DNA of 63,979 bases, counting the filler, from Polymyxa betae A26-41 (Eukaryota; Protista; Endomyxa: Phytomyxea): assembly GCA_003693705.1 (NCBI GenBank). It is 5 parts of 5 records of this genome, joined end to end, with 100 filler letters (N's around TTAATTAATTAA, not from the genome) between each part and the next. Parts side by side here need not be neighbours in the genome. Positions count along the whole stretch, not along the records: positions 59,003 to 63,979 come from RBZT01000333.1; 4 more parts are not named here. The stretch is one strand, 5' to 3'. Below the pieces are notes generated by a model. It did no database searches, was not told the origin of the DNA, and saw only the letters and a program-made list of their open reading frames with translations. Below are positions 60,492-63,979 of the stretch, piece after piece. Both the position numbers and the translations under genes were made by a program. How positions within the stretch are numbered: position 1 is the first letter of the stretch; each line of letters begins with the position of its first letter.

Positions 60492-63400
60492 AATCTCTCT
60501 GTACTGATATATACAAGTTTTCTTCTTAGATTAATACATTTACAATCGAAGGTATTTTTCTCTGTAGTTTATTGTTCTGATATCTGTTAAACATTCTACC
60601 ATTCCCTTCGTAGAGAACTTGTTATTACTTGCTTGAATTTGAAGGAATACGACTTTGTTGCTGATACTGGAATTGGCAGCAAAAATTCCAACATCCCAGG
60701 CAATGTTGTTTCATTGAAAAAAGCTGATTGCTAAGAATGATGCATTTCTATGTACATTGGAAATCAACAAACGTTGAACATGTTCGTTCCGAAGCGATTC
60801 CCTATTCAGTTTACAGGAAAGTGTCTTTCATACTTGTTCCGGTGATTGAAATCGGCGAAGACCGCCATTGACAGCGTGGTGAGGGTGACCATCCAAGCGA
60901 GGCAAAGGTAGGATGTTTTCCTCACAAATCGAATTTCCTGCGGCTGATTGGGCAGTACGACACGATTATCTAGACGTTCGGTAAGTTGGAGTTGTAGATA
61001 AAACGGCTGCGGTAACATTACATTCGACAGAATGAAAAGCGGCGACGAATTCATGAAGGCGGTCGGCTTCATTGAGCTGTTGTCTATCTAGAACCGCTAC
61101 AGAATGCTTAGACGCGACATTTCACATATCTACGAACACTTACCTTGATCTTGATTGTTTGGCAGCTCTGTTTAATAAGGTCAACATTGATTCAGGCGGC
61201 AATGGTCGAACAGTACCAGCAGGGGTTCTATACAAAGAGGTGATGATGATAGCGATCGCTGCAATGAAAGCGCAGGCAGCAAAGTTCATGTTCTAAATCC
61301 AGACCCCCCAAAACCTTGAATCTGATTCGAGAAATCGAGAGATATGGGGGAGGGAACCCCGCCACGGACCTACTGGATCGGGGGCAAGCCCAATCACTTA
61401 ATTCGATGATCGTCGGAGCGACCAACTTGTCCATCAATCGCCTTGAGCGAATCAGGTTTCGTTTTCTTTCGTCATCCGATCTGCTTTTATTAATCTCGTA
61501 GATTTGCGTGATCGTTTCACGATGCTGATAGAATCGTCAATGCGGTTTGAGCCATGGCGCAGCCTGCTATCGCAGCAATCATCATGTTGCATAACTTTTC
61601 GTTACAGAGCTACCATCACCAGCGATCTAAATTATTAAAAGTCACTTTTCTTTCGTTCTGTTTGTGTTTCTTCTTTCACTTTTTTCTATTATCGCTCTTA
61701 CTGTCGGTGGTGATCGCGACGGTTCACGACCTCAGCACGAAAGTCACCAGGCAGCTGCTGGTTCTGGACCGTCCGCCGACCGCCGCGTCGTGCTGGACGG
61801 CGCCTGCGGCCTGTTGTTTATAAAAAGCCGTCCGACGAAGCTGTACCATCGGCTCGAATGCAACATCTTTATAGGGACGACGACCCAAATAGTTGCGAAA
61901 CTGAAAGTGCACATCTGGCAAAAAGTGAGGACAAAAAAGGTTAAAGAGGATACACAGATAATGTCTTCGTTATTCTGAGGCTTTGAAATCTCAATATCTT
62001 CGGCATACTGCTGATCTGCTTCATTTTTATGGGACAATCCCCATCGCGAGTAAATGTAGCCCAATATTGATCAATCAGGGTTAGGGTTTCAATAGTTTAG
62101 CAAGTGGTACAAGTCGTAAAATTCAAAGCCTGTTTGCCCTCCATGCACCCCATAGCACCCCATTTGGGGCTCTGCGATGCAGTTACAGCGGATTTGACCT
62201 TCAAACATCTTTTGCTCAATCTTTTCAATAAAATTATGAATTTTAAAGTAAGGTTTAAGAAAAACCAGTTTGCAGAAGGCAAGGCTTCAATGATCTTAAA
62301 GACGAACTATTTCCCTATTTGCGAGATATCAGCTACTGCGCCATTTCTGTCTTTATCGCATCTTTGAGAATCTCAATACAATTTAGGCTGGGCTCTGTCC
62401 AATCCAGACCGTCTCATGAGCTTAGATACACAGAGGTCTTGTCTCTGTAAACCTCAGTTTCACCTGCCCTAACCCTAATCGATTTCAGCTCCAGATTTGG
62501 CTGGCCTTCTACGCAACAGAAGTTCAGCTTAGTTTTCGTATTCTGTAATCGTTTCTCTCAGGCATCGTAGCGAGACCCTCATCACGATATTTTTCGGTAT
62601 TCAGTCTATCGCGTCTTTTGCAAATTCTCATCCAATCTCGGGCGTCGCTTCGCCTGCTATTTTGACGTTATATGTCTTTGAATCTCTGATTCAGAAGCCC
62701 ATCTGGTTCGTCTGCTTTCAAAGCATTTCCCCGGAATGTTTGAAGGCGACACCGAAATTCGGATTGTAACGCTCGCGCCGTTTACCATCACCAGGCGCCT
62801 AACAGTTTTCTCGTCTCTCTACGGTTTCAGTGTGAAGCAACACGATGAGTAGAAAGAAGCTGTAAACAGCTCGACTCCTATTGAACATTCTGATCATTGA
62901 TTACCCGCTGGTTTCTACAAGCGATTCATCTCAGCGTCTTCATCAATGTGTCTTATTGTGCTGTTGTGCTGTTCCGATTCAGTTCAGCTGTTCGGATATC
63001 TGCGCGTATGGGCCAATCTGCATCCGAATCTGCTTGTGGTAGCTGCTCAATAAACTTTGTAGATTCTTGGTGGTGTTTTCGCCAGCTAGCGAGGTCTGTT
63101 TTGAGAACCTTGCTCGAGAGAATTTGCCAAAAAACCCAGCTTGTTTCGAGGGGAATTGTGTCTGATTGAGATTGCAGACGACATTCGCAGCAACGATGGT
63201 CGTGAAGACGTTGGGCGCCTCTGATATGAATGGCAGCTCAACGAAGAGGAGAAAGGTCGCATGACTCATTCGATTTGGTAGCGAAAGTACAGTGTATTTC
63301 GGTCTAATTTCAAATTACTCTTCAATACTTGAAAAACTTCAAATTTTCCAGCAATTGGTTCTTGTAATCAACTCAGCGCTGATTCAATGTTTGGCTCGAT

Positions 63401-63559
63401 TAGAATGTAAACAGTTCGTCGCGGGTCTTTCTAGATGAGCAATCATCACTTCATCGTGTTTTGCTGACAAAGGTGGCTGATCTGTTCGGCTTGGTTCCTT
63501 TTCTACACAGGGTTTTTGAGATGCTCTCCACTTCACAACACAAGTTTCCCAGGTTGCGC

Positions 63560-63979
63560 TTATTGCTTCGTATCAGAGGCGAGGAGTTCGAGCTACAGGT
63601 TAAGTACCACCGTTATCATTGCAGCTGCAATGATATTCTTGCTGATATGTGAATGCTTTAAAGGAAATTACCAAGACGGTTAGAGCCTAAAAATGTTTCA
63701 ATTCAAACAAATAAAAAGACAAATCAACAAACCTGATTACGAATCACTTTAAGACGGGAATATCCGTCATCCTGTAAGAAGACGAGCGTATTTCCAACTG
63801 CAAACATCCTTGCTTTGAGCTGCCTTGAGAGAAACACATCCAGAGGCACAACGATCCCGTCGTAATATCGAATACGGAATTGTTCATGAGACAGTCACAT
63901 AGTGAACCCAGTCTATCGAAGGCGGACCAGTTACAGGACGCCCAGCGCTGCTGATCGATCTGAATAAGATCCATAATAT
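63560..63979 (-). pseudogene. Myosin motor C-terminal/converter region, pseudogene (probably extends further left)
   Basis: LGVL*LVRLR*TGFTM*LSHEQFRIRY...FAVGNTLVFL matches the myosin GVLExIRIxRxGFPxR...FxxRY...GxTKVF pattern. A degenerate IQ-like motif is in the next exon. Confidence 0.7.

Noticed and set aside
63895-63933. Stop-codon reassignment explaining the in-frame stops in myosin
   Set aside because: All three stop types occur, TGA sits at an Arg position, and intact genes (SET, BTB) have no internal stops. Pseudogenisation is simpler.

Overview
Eukaryotic, transposon-dense window. It has short (~50-60 bp) GT-AG introns, scattered CCCTAA/TTAGGG motifs, and four artificial 100-bp gap spacers joining five contigs. 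The gene style suggests a compact parasitic protist, plausibly a plasmodiophorid (inference only). Most of the sequence is nested, decayed mobile elements: Ty1/copia, Ty3/gypsy, LINE fragments, two PIF/Harbinger elements with TIRs and TSDs, MULE, hAT, pogo, a DD34E IS630/Tc1 element and two unrelated tyrosine-recombinase (YR) elements. Host-type genes include F-box, BTB, a spliced signal-peptide + ankyrin + RING-H2 gene, a small membrane protein and a myosin pseudogene. Main observations: (1) a multi-copy family of secreted, intron-containing proteins is built from a repeated Cys-rich domain that aligns by eye with the C-terminal domain of the Crypton-like YR element in the same window, suggesting a transposon domain recruited into a secreted family; (2) a ~4.3 kb element pairs a YR with a convergent AWS-SET-postSET methyltransferase, with a subterminal repeat array and an inverted copy of the repeat core at the other end; (3) several DDE transposons carry a convergent accessory gene of unknown function. 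All domain calls are by-eye motif recognition, with no database searches.
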